From NCBI RefSeq assembly GCF_036321535.1, contig NC_087437.1:28522001-28586000 (forward strand): a DNA stretch of 64,000 bases, given 5' to 3'. A program made the position numbers and the translations under genes. The notes beneath the pieces were generated by a model, which had not been told where the DNA came from, ran no database searches, and was given only the letters and a program-made list of their open reading frames with translations. Position 1 is the stretch's first letter; each line of letters starts with the position of its first letter. Shown one piece after another: positions 28,741 through 42,599 of the stretch. The stretch is from Camelus dromedarius. Its lineage: Eukaryota.

Positions 28741-30588
28741 AATCATGTTTGCACACATTTAACTAGGGTCATAACGTGAAATTGAATAACGTTTTCATTC
28801 ATAATAAACCCAGATTACTTTAATGGAATCAGATGTCTCACTTAAAACAAACAAGTGATTAGCCCATAAATGCACCAGCATTAGTAAGATTGCATTTGGT
28901 TTTTCCCTGCTGAGGGTATTCACTGGCAAAAGGCAATCATAAACCAACCTTCCTTATGCCTTCCGGGAACAAAGATATCTGTAAATCATTATTACAAGGA
29001 TACAGTCAGTATCAGATACACCAATTACATAGTTGTACATTATCCCGTGGATACTTGAGAGAAAATAGGATGCTACCTGATAATGCCGTGACATTAATAT
29101 CCATTCTTGCAATTCTGCAGAACCCTCTGCCGGGTGGCTTTTAGAATAAAGAATTGGCAGAGCCACAGTTCAAGTGCTTCCCTAATCTGATTAGGGCACT
29201 CCGATGGGGCCAGCGGTGACCTACCCAAAACAGGGTACTCTTTGAAAAAGGAATATAACAAATTTACAATAACTCAAAAGAAATGAAGGAATGTTGCACT
29301 TCGGTGTTTTTTTTTTTTTTCTTCCAGCTTTTGGAATCAGATTTCAAGCTATAGAGCTGTAGCGCCATTATTATTGATTGTCTGCCTGTTTAGCAAATAA
29401 CTCCACTTATCTGGAGAGGGAACAGTTTTGAGGCAATGCTCGCTGAATAGTTGATGTTTCAGAATTTTAAAAGCTGCTGCAGATTTTACTTGGGGACGGT
29501 GCCCTAAAATTCTTCAGATTTGACTTTGTTCTGTTAAGTCAGAAAGTCAATCATGTGACAACTTTTAGAAACAATCCAGTGGGAGAATTGTTGCCAGTTA
29601 ATAAGATCACTAGTTATATCTCATAAAAGTATTCATTTATCTGTAATATGCAACTCCTGCATTATATGCATTGTCGATTATAAACTTATTTTATTCAAAG
29701 AGATTCAACAAAGCTGAATTTTATTGGCCACTGGTCTTATTTTCTTAAAATAAGAATTATTTCCTTCCCTCCAGATAACTTTGTCAGTTTGACCTCTGCT
29801 TCTAAATAATTATAATAGATTGTGCACAGTGATGTAAACATCTCAGTACCTGAAGTATACATTTAACATGTCCTATCTGGAAATGCATGTTAATTCATAG
29901 CTAAAGTTAATATTGACCAGCTTCTGTTCTCCATATTCTAAGCTAGTCTTTTACTTTTCTGTGCTAAGCTTCTTATAATTCTTAAATATCAAAGAGAAGA
30001 ATCAGTGAGCTGGTCTGGCTGAAATTTCACATCTGTGCCTGCCAGTGTGTAACAGCGTCAGTTTAACGTGCACATTTCTGAATAGAGACCCAAGTTCAAC
30101 ACACATTCACTGCACAGGTCAACTCTTGTCCTGCTGCTGCCTTGGCAGCCAGGACACAGTGGAGCAACATCAAATCAGCTGCTATTCAGGTAACTTGTTG
30201 TTGGACAGAGATTGCTCTGGGCCCCAGTTCCTGGCAGCTGACTGAATTTATCTGGAACCCAGATAGTTTCCTGTTGTCAGTGGATAGCTGCTTTGGGCAG
30301 GGACGGAACTGGGGACCGGAGGTTATTACTTTAGGCTACTTCATCGAGAACCATCCACCTGGCAGGGCAGCTATCCATGGCTTTCAAACCCACACATTGG
30401 GAGGCATAAATATTTTAATTGGAAAATACCAGTGGAATCTGTGGTAGTTTGTTTCTTCTCCCAAGTTAATCAAATTATGTATTAAATATTCTATATTTCA
30501 TGTCTTTTTAGTGAGACTGTGTATGCTAGCTGCAAATATTTTGTCCTAGGACAACTTGTGAGGTCAAAAGAAAGCTGTATCTTTAGGA

Positions 30589-30763
30589 CAGGGACTTTCC
30601 ACCCCAGCACTGTTGACATTTGGGGCTGGATAGTCTTTGTTGTGAGGGGCTGTCCTGTGTGTTAGAGGACACTCAGCACCCCCAGCCGGGACAACCAAAA
30701 ATGTCCCCAGATGTTGCCATACATCCCCTGTGAGGCAAAACCACCCATAGTTGAGAACCATTG
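30589..30763 (-). mobile_element. MER20 (internally deleted)
   Basis: cagcactgttgacatttggggctggatagtctttgttgtgaggggctgtcctgtg...acaaccaaaaatgtccccag...gttgagaaccattg, the reverse of the 16163 copy. Confidence 0.82.
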
Positions 30764-32204
30764 CTCTAAGGAAAAAGGAATCCTTGAATTCCGTTTTACT
30801 CTCCTAAATATAGAATGAGTCAGGGCCAAATTAGATAAAGAATGTATTTTATTTTTTAAGATATGTCTTTTGAGCTTTTAAGAATTACTTTTGTAACATA
30901 CATCTTAATTGTGTGAAACCTTACTCCAAAACTCTCTTTAATAATAAATAAACTCTGGGGTCCTCTAACTTCTTATGCCTTCAGAGGGAATAATTATCTA
31001 CAGTCTCGCATCCCTTTCATGCTAAAAAAATTTCTGTGATTCTCGTCCTTACAGCAGGGTAAAGATAACAAATGGTTTAAAATTACCTTAAAGAACAGGG
31101 TCCATTTTGTCTGTGGGTTTGTGTTTTGGAAACAAATATTATTATTACACAAAGCATTGAACATCAAGAATGAAAACTCCATTGAATTAGAAAGTTGAAA
31201 ATATACCACCAGTAAGGTGGAACATTGTGCTAGGTTATGCTTTAAAAACTGGAAAAGTACATTGTTGAAGTAGATTTGAGGTAAATTATTTAATTTTACT
31301 CAAGAATAGATATATTTTCTGATATGAAAAATTTTATATCAACAAATAGAAACTATTCTCATATATTCACAAAAGCATTTCTGGCAGCAAATCTACCTCG
31401 TAGCAGTTTATTTAGTGCCACTGTATGTATTTCCTTGAACAATCATACAGCGTTTCTTCAGACGTGTTCTGTTTCAGACTTCACATTTCAGAATAGTTTC
31501 TCACTAGTAGGCTGAATCTGTTGTTAAAAATCTCAGAGAGGTGTGATAGGCTGATGGAACATTTATGATTTCCCCAGGAAAACCTGCAACAAGTATGTAT
31601 GCCGAACACTTTATCTTATGTGCTCAAAAGAAATGGTGTCATCATCACCTTTCACATATCCCATGAGATTTGTTCACAGTTTACATTGACTGTGAAATCC
31701 TGTTGTCCACTGGGAGTTCTGCTTTATTTATTCTAGATAATAGGACACTTGCAACCTATTAACAGTTGTAAACAGATCTTTCAAGTACATCTGGCACAGC
31801 AATTATGAAATGGACTTCTTAGACAAGTTTCTAGGATTAAATCAGGACAAAGGTGGAGACTAGGTGACCACAAGAAGTTTTCTATATTGAAGGGCTAAGC
31901 TGTTGTTCAAAAAGAAATTGCAAATATTATGGACCCCAAGCTTCAAAATCCCCATGGAAATTTTAACCAGATAAATTACCCATTGTATTTTACATAAAAA
32001 TTGATTTGATGAATGCTTATTTAAGAAGCATTCTTATCGTAAATAAACATACAATTAAATGGAGAGAGGGAGGGAGGGCGTGGGGGAAGAATGTATTATG
32101 GATGGATGGCTGCATGGATGGAAGGAGGGTAGATATATAACGTAGGATATCAACTTTGAATCAAGACCTGTGTCTTCAAGTTTGCTTTGTGTTTTATTTT
32201 TCAG

Positions 32205-32405
32205 CCAATGTTTTCAGTTGCACCAAGCTTAGCCACCAATGCATCAGCAGCCTTTAACCCCTACCTGGGACCTGTGTCCCCAAGCCTGGTTCCAGCAGAG
32301 ATCTTGCCGACTGCACCAATGTTGGTCACAGGGAACCCTGGGGTCCCTGTGCCTGCAGCTGCTGCAGCTGCTGCACAGAAGTTAATGCGGACAGACAGAC
32401 TTGAG
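32205..32405 (+). CDS. MBNL1: MBNL1 linker exon, 201 nt, phase 0/0 (Ala/Pro-rich linker between the zinc-finger pairs; known to be skippable)
   Basis: Acceptor ttttatttttcag|CCA and donor GAG|gtagga. Translates PMFSVAPSLATNASAAFNPYLGPVSPSLVPAEILPTAPMLVTGNPGVPVPAAAAAAAQKLMRTDRLE (within ORF 32187..32495). Confidence 0.98.
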
Positions 32406-32604
32406 GTAGGAGTGATCGTTGGTGTCTTTACGTGTTCTGTTCTGAATTTCAAAGGGTGCTGTTTGTTTTTTTGTTTATTTCTTCCATGGGCATAAAGATT
32501 TTTTAAAAAAATTCAAAGCAGAGATTTTGGTTCACTGTTTGGAGCACTTTACTAGAATATAGATAGATGGGCTAATATTTGTAGAAGCCACAACATCTGT
32601 ATGT

Positions 32605-32770
32605 AGAAGAGCGGGTAAGAACTTGGACTCTGGAGTCAGACTGCTTGTTGCTTCATTCTTCCTCAGTTTCCTCATCTCTGAAATGGAGATAATAATGGTG
32701 ATTACCTCAAAGAGTCAGACAATGTCTGGCACACAGCAGGAGCTTCTCAACTGTTCCTTGTTATTGTTAC
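32605..32770 (+). mobile_element. MIR SINE (internally deleted)
   Basis: ggactctggagtcagactgc...cctcagtttcctcatctctgaaatggagataataatgg. Confidence 0.75.
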
Positions 32771-35143
32771 TATTAACAAATTCTATCAATCCCCTGGTAC
32801 TCATTCCCATAAAGATGTTATTTAGTTACTATCTATAAAGCATTTTAAAATTTATTGCAAGTTTCCTTATAAGCCTCACAATATTTTGGTTGGAATAGCA
32901 AGACACCTTTGTTTGTGAAGTGTGCTTGTAAATGTTTTAATTGGAAATTGGGTAACTCTTAAGTCCTAGAGTCAAGGATGGTCAGATGTATGTGCTTTGC
33001 TATTGCTACATGAAAAAGAAATTCGGGATATAAATCTTACATTGAAGGGGCTGTTAAGAGTTTCACCATGGCCATGAATTAATGGACTTGGTAAACTCTA
33101 GATGAAGGGGGAAAAATGGCAACAGTATTGCCCATCAGCACTCTCCAATCTGGCGTTGGTGTCCAACAAAGAACTGGTGAGCTTTTCCTCTCTTCCCTAG
33201 TTAGGATGAGGCAATACTTAGTGCTGAGAAGTTTGCATCTTATTAATTACTGAGAAAGTGGCAAAATAAGGCCGCCGTGTGAACGTAATTGACACTAATA
33301 ATTTATCAGCTTAGCAGGAATTTATTTAGTAAGCACCAATTTCTTTTTTCTCAAGTTTTGTTGCCTGCATGACAAAGGATCCCAGATTTCAGGGTAGTTC
33401 TAACTGCCACCACTCTTTTGAAGGTAATAACAATAGTTGATACTTATTGGATATTTACTGTCTACCAGCCACAGCGTTAACCCTTCATGTGCAACACACA
33501 TTTAATCCTAAAAAAGTAGTCTTATGAGGAAGATGCTATCATTAACTCCATTTAATAGGGAGAGAGATCTAAGGTAGTTTATTCAAGGTCACATGGATAT
33601 GAACTCGGAACTCCATTTTAAAACACTGTATTATATTACTCTCCCTTCCCACAGAGGTAATAGTGCAAAAAGGAGGCACTCCCGTATGGTGGGGTTGTAG
33701 ATTCTTTAGAGCTTTTGTTTGTTTGTGTTAGGCTTATTTTTTACTTTTCACTGATGTTTTAGAAAAAGCTGCTAATTACGAGAGTTACATAAAGATAACT
33801 CAGGAAGGATGTTGAGACCTAGTTGTTCGCCCTCTCTGGACCAAGGACTCTGCCGTGTGCCGGAGACACACACCTTGACTTTGCGGGTGGTTTGTCATCA
33901 CTCAACGGCTCCTGCTCATTAATTAGGGAATGTTATTTGCAGATAAATTAGGAAGGAATTTAAGACATTTTAAATATTTAAAAATTATTAGATGCTCCAC
34001 CTATGACTCACTTTTCCCCCTGACCTTTCTAAAGCAAACCCTGCTTTAAGGCATAATGGTTGGTTGTTTAATGGGAACCAAATAGGCAGTCTGAGAGGAA
34101 CATGACTGAATTATGAATAGGAGATAATATTCATAAAGCTGAGAACATCTGTATTTAAATCTCTTTCAAAGAATCTCTTTCAACGGCTGATTGTGTGGTC
34201 AGAACTCTTTTAAACGAATCCCCCCACAATCTTAGGCCATCTGTAATTGGTTATATTGTGTATGGTGTTTAGTTAAAAGGAAGACTTTTTTCTCTCGTTT
34301 GGTTTTATTTTTCTTCTGCAGGGCGCTCCTTCGAGTATTTTGTCTGTCTTCTTTTCCCAGTCACAACAAAGGGCTACTGTTGCAATGACTGTCATTTCCT
34401 TTTAACCTGAATTCCACTCATCTGAATGCCTGATGGTGGGGCAGCTTCCTGTCGTGTTCTCGTTCACGGGCTCTGATCTAATGTCACAGTTACAACCTGT
34501 TAGGACATGGCGGTGGGAAGCTAGGGGGCAGGTCTTTCTGCTTGGCACTTGGTGGTTTTAGACACGGCCGTCTTCAGGCTACTTCCTTCCATGCTGATTG
34601 CACTACATACTGAGTCTAAGAGACATGGCAGGAAGTGCACATGCTTATTTACATGTTTAGTTATTTGGGGTTTAAATTTCTATTTTCAACCCATGGAACT
34701 CCCAAGTACATTTTTTAATTTTGTGTTCCTTTTGAGGTCAACAAATTTTGAATCAGTTAAAATATTGGCGGGTTCTTCTTGCCACTTCTTTCTCTTTTCT
34801 TTTTGCTAGAAAATAGACAATACAGAAGTTAAAAATACCATAGATTATCAGTCTTCTGGTTCTTCTGTGTAGAACTAACACATATTTACAGCGCCCAGTG
34901 AGATACAGAAAATGTTAAACTGAAAAGCAGGAATTCAAGGACTAGTGCTGGTGGTTTTGCTGTTTAGGTGAGTAAGTGTGGGTCAAGGTTTTCATGTTTT
35001 CTGAGATTCATATTCCACACATATAAAATTAGGGAATTCTACCAGATAATCTCTAAGATCACCTCTAGTTAGAACATTCTAAGTGAAATCTAGGTCATTT
35101 TGTTACTTTTAATGCCAGCCACAAACTACGGAAAAGGTCATTT

Positions 35144-35213
35144 TACATATATATGTGTATATGTATATATATACACACACATACATACATACATATATGT
35201 AAAACACACACAT
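35144..35213. repeat. Compound (TA)/(CA)/(TACA) microsatellite
   Basis: acatatatatgtgtatatgtatatatatacacacacatacatacatacatatatg. Confidence 0.85.
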
Positions 35214-35981
35214 AGCTTTACATCACTATTCCAGTTATCCATTCTTTATTAGATATCTTTCAAAAGACTTTGTAGCTGTTTGCTTTCTGTATTGTAAAAT
35301 TCAGTCTTCATGGTTTTCTGTAAAGAGGAGCAACTCTCTTAAACATCTGTCACTAAAAAGAGGCTTTTAAAATTCCGTTTTGTGACCTTGGGATGCTTTT
35401 GTGTAATTTCCAAGCAATGGTTTATTTTCAGTAATTCTTTTAAGAAATTATTAAAATCTGTAGGTACTGGAAAGGACTGAGGTTTTTAATCCTATCTTTA
35501 CTTCATGGCAAAGAATTGGTAATTAAGGGAATGATTGTTTGACTTATTTTCAGAGCACACAGTCATTTTTTATGGGGCAAAGAGGATCCATGAATACATT
35601 TATTCTCTCATTTGTTCATCAGTCTCCAATGGAGAACTTTTGAACATCTTTCAGGTAAAAAATATTATGAGGAATATCATGAAACCTTAAACGCTTATCT
35701 GCTGTCTTATGAGTAACAAGAAAAAGGTCCACCAGAATAGTGCCAAGCTCATAAATGATGCCCAGTACCTTGTTAAATTCGGGAATAAATGAGTCAGCCA
35801 GCCAGCCAGTTAATCAATTAATTAATCATAGAATGACACAGGCCCTTACTCAGAACTTAGGGTAATCCAACAGAGGAGATAAAACATGACACATTTTTCA
35901 CATTCTTCTTGGGAACACGTTTACATTTTAAGCATTCCAACTGCAAAATATAGCATCTTGTTCATGCACTTAGTCCAGGAG

Positions 35982-36150
35982 CAGTGGTTTTCAAGCTTTA
36001 ATGTGATTAGAATCACTTGGGATGCTTTTTAAAAATGCAGGGCCCCAGCCCCGCGGATTGATCTGGGAGGTCTTCAGCGGGGCTCTGGACTCCTGTTCGC
36101 AGACCTGCCAGGTGATTCTGAATGCAAATGGTCTGTGAGATACTGACTCC
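35982..36150. mobile_element. MER5-family DNA transposon relic
   Basis: cagtggttttcaagctt...agaatcacttggga...aaaaatgcag...ccaggtgattctga. Confidence 0.65.
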
Positions 36151-39100
36151 AGAGGATGCCAGCACTTGTTATTTAGGCCTTAACTTTCCATCATTTACCT
36201 CACATATGGTTACTTATGACTCTGGATGAAAACTCTGCCTCCTCCAACGCATTTAACATTCTACTTTGTGTTAAGTTGCTGAGAACACAATGTTCAGCAT
36301 CATGAAATATTTTAAGTAAACAGTGATGATTTTGAGGGTAGTTTATACCACATAACGGCATTAATCAAACAAAAGACAAACTAGGGGCCACGTGTTTCAT
36401 TGCTGATGAAGACATTAGACTGGCATTTGGTTAGCTACATCATTTTTATATCAACAGTCTAGATGACAGAAACATATGATGGATTCCAGGAAAGGTGGTA
36501 GGCATACCACTTGGCTTCTGATATTTTCAGTTAGAGTTTGTCTGTTTTAAAATAAAATATCCTTGTGCTGAAAGTTTTATTCTACTGAGGTCATCATGAC
36601 ACGAGTTTCCAATTCAGGCCACTCGATGTGGACTGAATACATCCACTGCTCAATGCCACAGACGAGTCTAGTGACTTTTATCATATAGTCATAAAAATAG
36701 GATACCTGTTGACTACACAAAAAAGATCATTTAAAGCTAAATGTGGATTCAAGTGATAGTGAAGGGCATGCATAGGTCACGTTTTTGTGGGGTTTTAATC
36801 AATTTGTCATGATCCATTGCATATAAAAGGCATTCAATTCAAAGTAAGATTAAACGAGCAGATTTTTTAATCATATAAGAAAGGCTTATTGATAAGATTG
36901 TTATACTTTTGTATTTTTGCAAAGGGTCTTTGGCTACTGCTTATGATATTTTAATTTCTTTAGAAAATTATCAAGAAATACTAAGTTTTGTGTACACAAG
37001 TCTGTGTAGTTTAAATCTTTTTTGATTGTAATAAGGCTTCAAATGGCTCTTTAACATTTGGACACACCCCCATTTAAACATCTAGTCTGTCAGTTATTAC
37101 TCTCTGTGATTAGTTTGAGTTTTGTTTTGGAGATGACAGAGTTGTAAGTTAAGGTAATTGCTAATCTTGGCTTAGCCAATTCATATTTGCTGTTTTTCCA
37201 CCAATTTCCTCATCCAAATTAAAGCTAAATCCCTATCTTTTCAATTATTTAGAAAGAGGAATAAAAGTAACTATAGACTTGAACATTTTGGCATATTGGT
37301 GAGCTTGTTTCAGATGTCCAGTTGGTTTGTACATTCACTCATAGGAATGAATAAATGAAAACCTAGCAGTGGATTTAATGGGAAGTTTTCTTCAGTTGAT
37401 CATTCCCATATATTCAGATTGGATTTTTTTAATTACACGAATGACAAACTCTTAGCCATATCTTCTATAGAAATCTGCTTACGTTCACTGGTTTGGTGGT
37501 AATGATGGATTCTGCCTTTTAGATTTCAAAGAAGACTCCTAGTTGGTCTTGGAAATCCTCTGGGGTAGCTAAAGTAGATATCTTTTTCTTTCTTTTTTTT
37601 TTAGAGGGAAAAAAAATGAAGTTTGGTTAGACCAAATTTGTACAATTATCCAACAACAGACTGAAACTGGATATCACATCATCAGATATTTATCTTGGGA
37701 ATATAATTTTATAATTAACTAAGATAGTTTCCCCTAATCACCAGAATTTTAAGGTGTGGATATCTTAATCTTTTTTGAATTGAAAATACAGATAATTTCT
37801 TTGCATTAGATTGTATATTTGTGACCAGTAATGCTGTGGATACTTTGATAAAATCATTGATTATCCAGTATTTCTTTTTTAAAGTGTTAATTCAAGCTTA
37901 CTGGAAAGTAAAGTCCATGATGCTTACTGTTGAGCAACAGGTCTGTATATATCTTTGAATAAACTCCTTAGTTTTCATCATTAAGGTTCAAAATGACTTC
38001 CAGAAATATTCAAGTAAACTGGGAGTCCCTTTTCCTTGTTACGGTTAGCTCTCTGTTCCTACTTTTGGCTCTTACTCTCCAAAGATGACTGAGTTAACTA
38101 AAGTGAGCACAAAACATAGGCTCTCTCCTTAAAGAACATGCAAATGACTGTTTAGTTTTGATAGTTTTGAGTAAGTTCGAACATTGACATTAATTTCTTC
38201 AGAGTCCCAATGGCCTAATGTGCAGAGTAATGCTGAATTTAATACTACTCATACAACCTATTATTGACCATTTTGAAATATATTTGTCATGTTTATAAAA
38301 ACGTACAGATCAAATAACAAAACTGTTTATTTTAACCAGATTTGTATGGTGGGTTTTAGGCTGTCTGTACATTGTGTTATTCAGTGTTCGTGATTCCATA
38401 GCTAGTAAATATAGACACTAGACAGAACCTCAGATTTCTGATTTCAAACTCTATCCTCTTTCCACTATACGACTGCTATTTCATTAACAAAAGAAGGTTT
38501 ATGCAGAATGAATTTAGATTTCTTCGGGAAGTTTTTCTGATTGCTTTTCTTTTGATTATTTTAAGTTTCTTTTTATTATTTAAGTTTGTTTTTTAAAACC
38601 AAGATTTTTTTTTTTCTGGAAATAGAATTTAGTACTCAAATGTTTTCAGTGAATACTTTTATTGAAATGATGTTTTTTTCCTATAAAAGCAACCCCTTAT
38701 CCATTTTCTACAAAAGGTTACAAAACTTACATGACTTACAAGGCAAATCCTGCCTTACTGCTTATAGTAATTGTAAATGCTTATATCTGCAGTCTTCTTG
38801 ATTGAAACCATTATGTGTTTGGCTTATAGATGGAATTATTTTCATGTAGGTTTGAAAACCACTTAATCAAACTAGAAAAAGTACTTATATTTGTTGACCC
38901 ACTAATGCCATTTCTGCACATTTTTCCTTAGAGAATGATAAATAAGAGGTACGGTTATGAATATATTCTTTGCAGCATTATTCGTAATATGGGAATATTG
39001 GAAATAATCTGGATGTTCTCTGAAAAGGTTACTTGTATTATGCACGTCTGTTTGGTGGAATTTGATGCAGCCAGCAAAACTGACCACTCTGAACACTGTT

Positions 39101-41519
39101 TAGTAAAATGAATGCTTATGCTACATTGTTGAGCCAAAAACAGATCACCAAGTAATTGCTATACTGTAATTATAATTATTTGAAACGTGTGTTCATGTAG
39201 ATGACTGGGTAAGAATAGAAAAAAAAGATAGGATTTTAAATTTTCTCTTCAGTGTTCCAAATTCTCTGTGTGGTATACTATGCAATTTCTTATCCTGATT
39301 TGAATTATGAGGTTAAATTTGTTGAGATTTTGTCTGTCAGTTATAATTTGCTAATACAATGGTACAACTAAGAGATTGGGGGATCAGCACAGTCAAAATT
39401 TTCTTAAGTTTTATCAGAGAAACCAGGCCAAACCCATATTTAGCAGTCAAGGGCTAGATCCCATTTTACTGATGGTGATTATTAAATCAAGAAAGCTGTT
39501 CTAAAAGCTTTGGGAAGTTTGTTCTGTTCAGATAAGAACCCAACAATCCAGATGTACATCTGAAGCTTGGCAAACGTCTCTAGCACCTCGGGCCTTGTAG
39601 CTCGCACCAGTACAAGTTTTCCCAAGACAGTTTCTATTTCTTCTTTATTTTTTTCAAAGGCAAGAATAGTGGGAGAACAGCTATTTTAGAAGACAATATA
39701 TTTCTTCACTTCCATGTCTCATGTCAGGAGAAACCTTAAGCTGGAAAAAAAAAGGAAACAGTCAAAAATGTATATCATGCAAAAACAGTTGACCAAATTC
39801 TCAGAACATCAGAAATGGTTGAGTTTAGGACAGATTCTAAGCTAACTGCTAGTTATCAATTCTGTTTAAATATTTTTAGAGCTCTCCCTAAATGCATGCT
39901 GCAAGACAATAAAGAATACAGAACTGTAGTAAACCAGTTATTAACCAGTCCAACCACACACACATACACACATAAAGCAAACAGAGAGGGACGAGAAGGG
40001 GTCTTAAAATGACCATCTTTATGCCACCTGATTTTAAGTTCACATCCCTGAAAATAAAAAGAACTTTGAGATGGAGAGAGAAATAAGAAGTCAAAACCAG
40101 CCCAGCACTCAGGTTATATTCTGGGAAACTGACACTCAGTTTCTGGTACCAGCACTGGCATAATTGTTTTTGGAAAAAGGGGGATCTTTGATTTTAATAG
40201 TTATTAAAGAGCCTGCAAATAGACGACCTTTAGATCCTCTTTCCTGTCAGCGTGGCAGAGGGTAAAAGAAACTGGAAAATAGAGTGTTGGCTCAGCTGCT
40301 GCCAGGTTCTTTGTGAGCATATTTGAGAAAGCAAGACTGAGGAGCTCGCGGGCAGCGGTGGCATCCTGTCCCGGGTGCTTTCCTGCTGGACGAGGCTGCA
40401 TTGACATAGATTTTCTTCAACAGAGAAGTAGTAGCCTTTTTGTTTATGCAGTGGTTTAAATTCAGCATCACTTTTACGTATATACATGAAAAATTTTAAT
40501 TTCCATTTAAGTGTGTCTCTTCCTGTTTTGGTGAGTCTAATATAGTAAGTGGGGATCTGTGGTTTAGAAAGCCCCACAGCTGATTCCAGTGCTCAGCCAG
40601 AATGGAGGACAGCGGTTCTGGGTACCAGCTTAACCACTTTTGCTTTTCAAATTATAAACTCCTGGTTTTCCTTGTTTTCTTCTGTTCAAGAAGATAATGC
40701 AATGATAATATATATATAGTAGATCTTCTGTAACTTCATAAGTCATCTTTGTATTCCTGTTATCCTCAGTGTCTGGCACAAAGTAGTTATTTAATAATCT
40801 TAAAAAATGGAATAAATTGAGGGGATGAATAGAGTTGGCTGGTTGCTATATATGTGGAGTGCAACACTTTAGCTAGCTTGAGGCTTCCAAACAGTGCAAG
40901 GTGTCATTTATGGTGCTCATTTTAAGATGTAGCACCATACAGACTAGAGAGGCCTTTTTAAAACGACACACTTATCTCAGTAATGGAAAGTGAACGTGAC
41001 AGAGGGAAACACCTAGAATTAAATGTGATCATTTTACACACATAAATCCAAGAAAACCTTTGCTTTTTAAATCACAACAGGATTCCTGTTTTTTTCCCCC
41101 TTGATGAACTCCAAAATAGAGTGCTCAGGGTCTGCATTTGCTCCGTTTGTAAAAAGATTTGTGAAAAATAAAAAGGAAACGTTCTTGAGGCATGAAGTCG
41201 GAGCGTGACAGTATTAAAAGGGCATTCTGTGTTTAGATGGCCCTCTTGTGGTGAAGAGGTCAAATTATCCTAGTGAAAGACAGCGCTGGCAACCTCTTGA
41301 TTAGAGCAGGCACCACGACAAACTTTAATAGTAAGAGTCAAAACCGAGCGGACAAATGAGAAATAATCCACTTGCACCTTTTCCCCAGGGACCCCATGTA
41401 AAACAAATGGACAGTAACAAAAACTAATCTTTTCCCATCTGCTTTGTAATAGCTACCAGGTGAATCTCTAATAATCACACACAAAAAACCTCTTGGAAAC
41501 ATTTTACGATAAAGGTATT

Positions 41520-42080
41520 TTATTTTTCACACTTTCTTCTTAAATAATTTTGGGTTAGCATAAAAGTTGCAAAAATAGAACCACAAGCTCCTGCCTATCC
41601 TTCACCCAGCATACCTAAATATTAACAGCTTACATAACCGTATTCCCACTTAGAGTACGGGAAAGTGAGCATCGATAGGCTGCTCTGAACCCATCTACAG
41701 ACCTTAATCAGATTTCACCAGTTGTCCGACCAGTCTCCTTCCTCTGACTCCAGGATCGTTCAGTCTGGGACAGTGTCTCAGTCTTGTCTTTGATGATCTT
41801 GACACTTTGGAAGAGGACTGATCAGTCATTTTGTGAAACATCCTACTGTTTCCGTTTGTCTAATGTCTCCTCGTGATTAAATTCAGGTTCTGCGTTCTCA
41901 GCAATCATACAACGAAAGTGATGTTGTGCCCTTTTTTCAGAGCATCGTGTCAATAGGTACAGGATGTCATTATGTCTTGTTACTGGTGGTATTAACTTTG
42001 ATCACTGGGTTAAAGTGGTGTCTACAGTGCTCTTCACATAAAGTTACTACTTTCCCCTTGGTAATCAATAGGTATCTCCA
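41520..42080 (-). mobile_element. Old L1M (L1MC/L1MB-like) 3' UTR fragment
   Basis: aataattttgggttagcataaaagttgcaaaaatag...ccttcacccag...ttaactttgatcactgggttaaagtggtgtct...taaagttactactttcccc. Confidence 0.7.
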
Positions 42081-42341
42081 CATAATCTAAATGAAATGTT
42101 TTACCATAATTAGCATCATGGATGCATTTTCTTTCTCATGGACGTCTTACTGAAATGGGGTTACAATTTATATACAGAACTAGGAATTTTTTTTCAGTAA
42201 TTTTGTGGTTCCTTTGCAAATTATCCTGTCCCCTTTCACCTGTAGCCTTCTGTCACCAGTCTTAGCCTTTAAGTTAAGATCTTCAGAAAGATTCTACTTG
42301 TTCATGTTGACTGACCGCCCCTGCACTTAATGGCCTCGTAG

Positions 42342-42599
42342 GTATGTCGAGAGTACCAGCGTGGCAATTGCAACAGAGGAGAAAACGATTGTCGGTTTGC
42401 CCATCCTGCTGACAGCACAATGATTGACACCAATGACAACACCGTCACCGTGTGTATGGATTACATCAAAGGGAGATGCTCTCGGGAAAAGTGCAAATAC
42501 TTTCATCCTCCCGCACATCTGCAAGCCAAGATCAAGGCTGCCCAATACCAGGTCAACCAGGCTGCAGCAGCACAGGCTGCAGCCACCGCAGCTGCCATG
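42342..42599 (+). CDS. MBNL1: MBNL1 exon, 258 nt, phase 0/0: CCCH ZnF3 and ZnF4
   Basis: Acceptor cctcgtag|GTA and donor ATG|gtgagt. Translates [86 protein letters not shown], with CX7CX6CX3H and CX7CX4CX3H fingers. Confidence 0.99.

Noticed and set aside
32355..32375. CTG/CAG repeat expansion
   Set aside because: Only seven interrupted GCA/GCT alanine codons, which is normal coding sequence.
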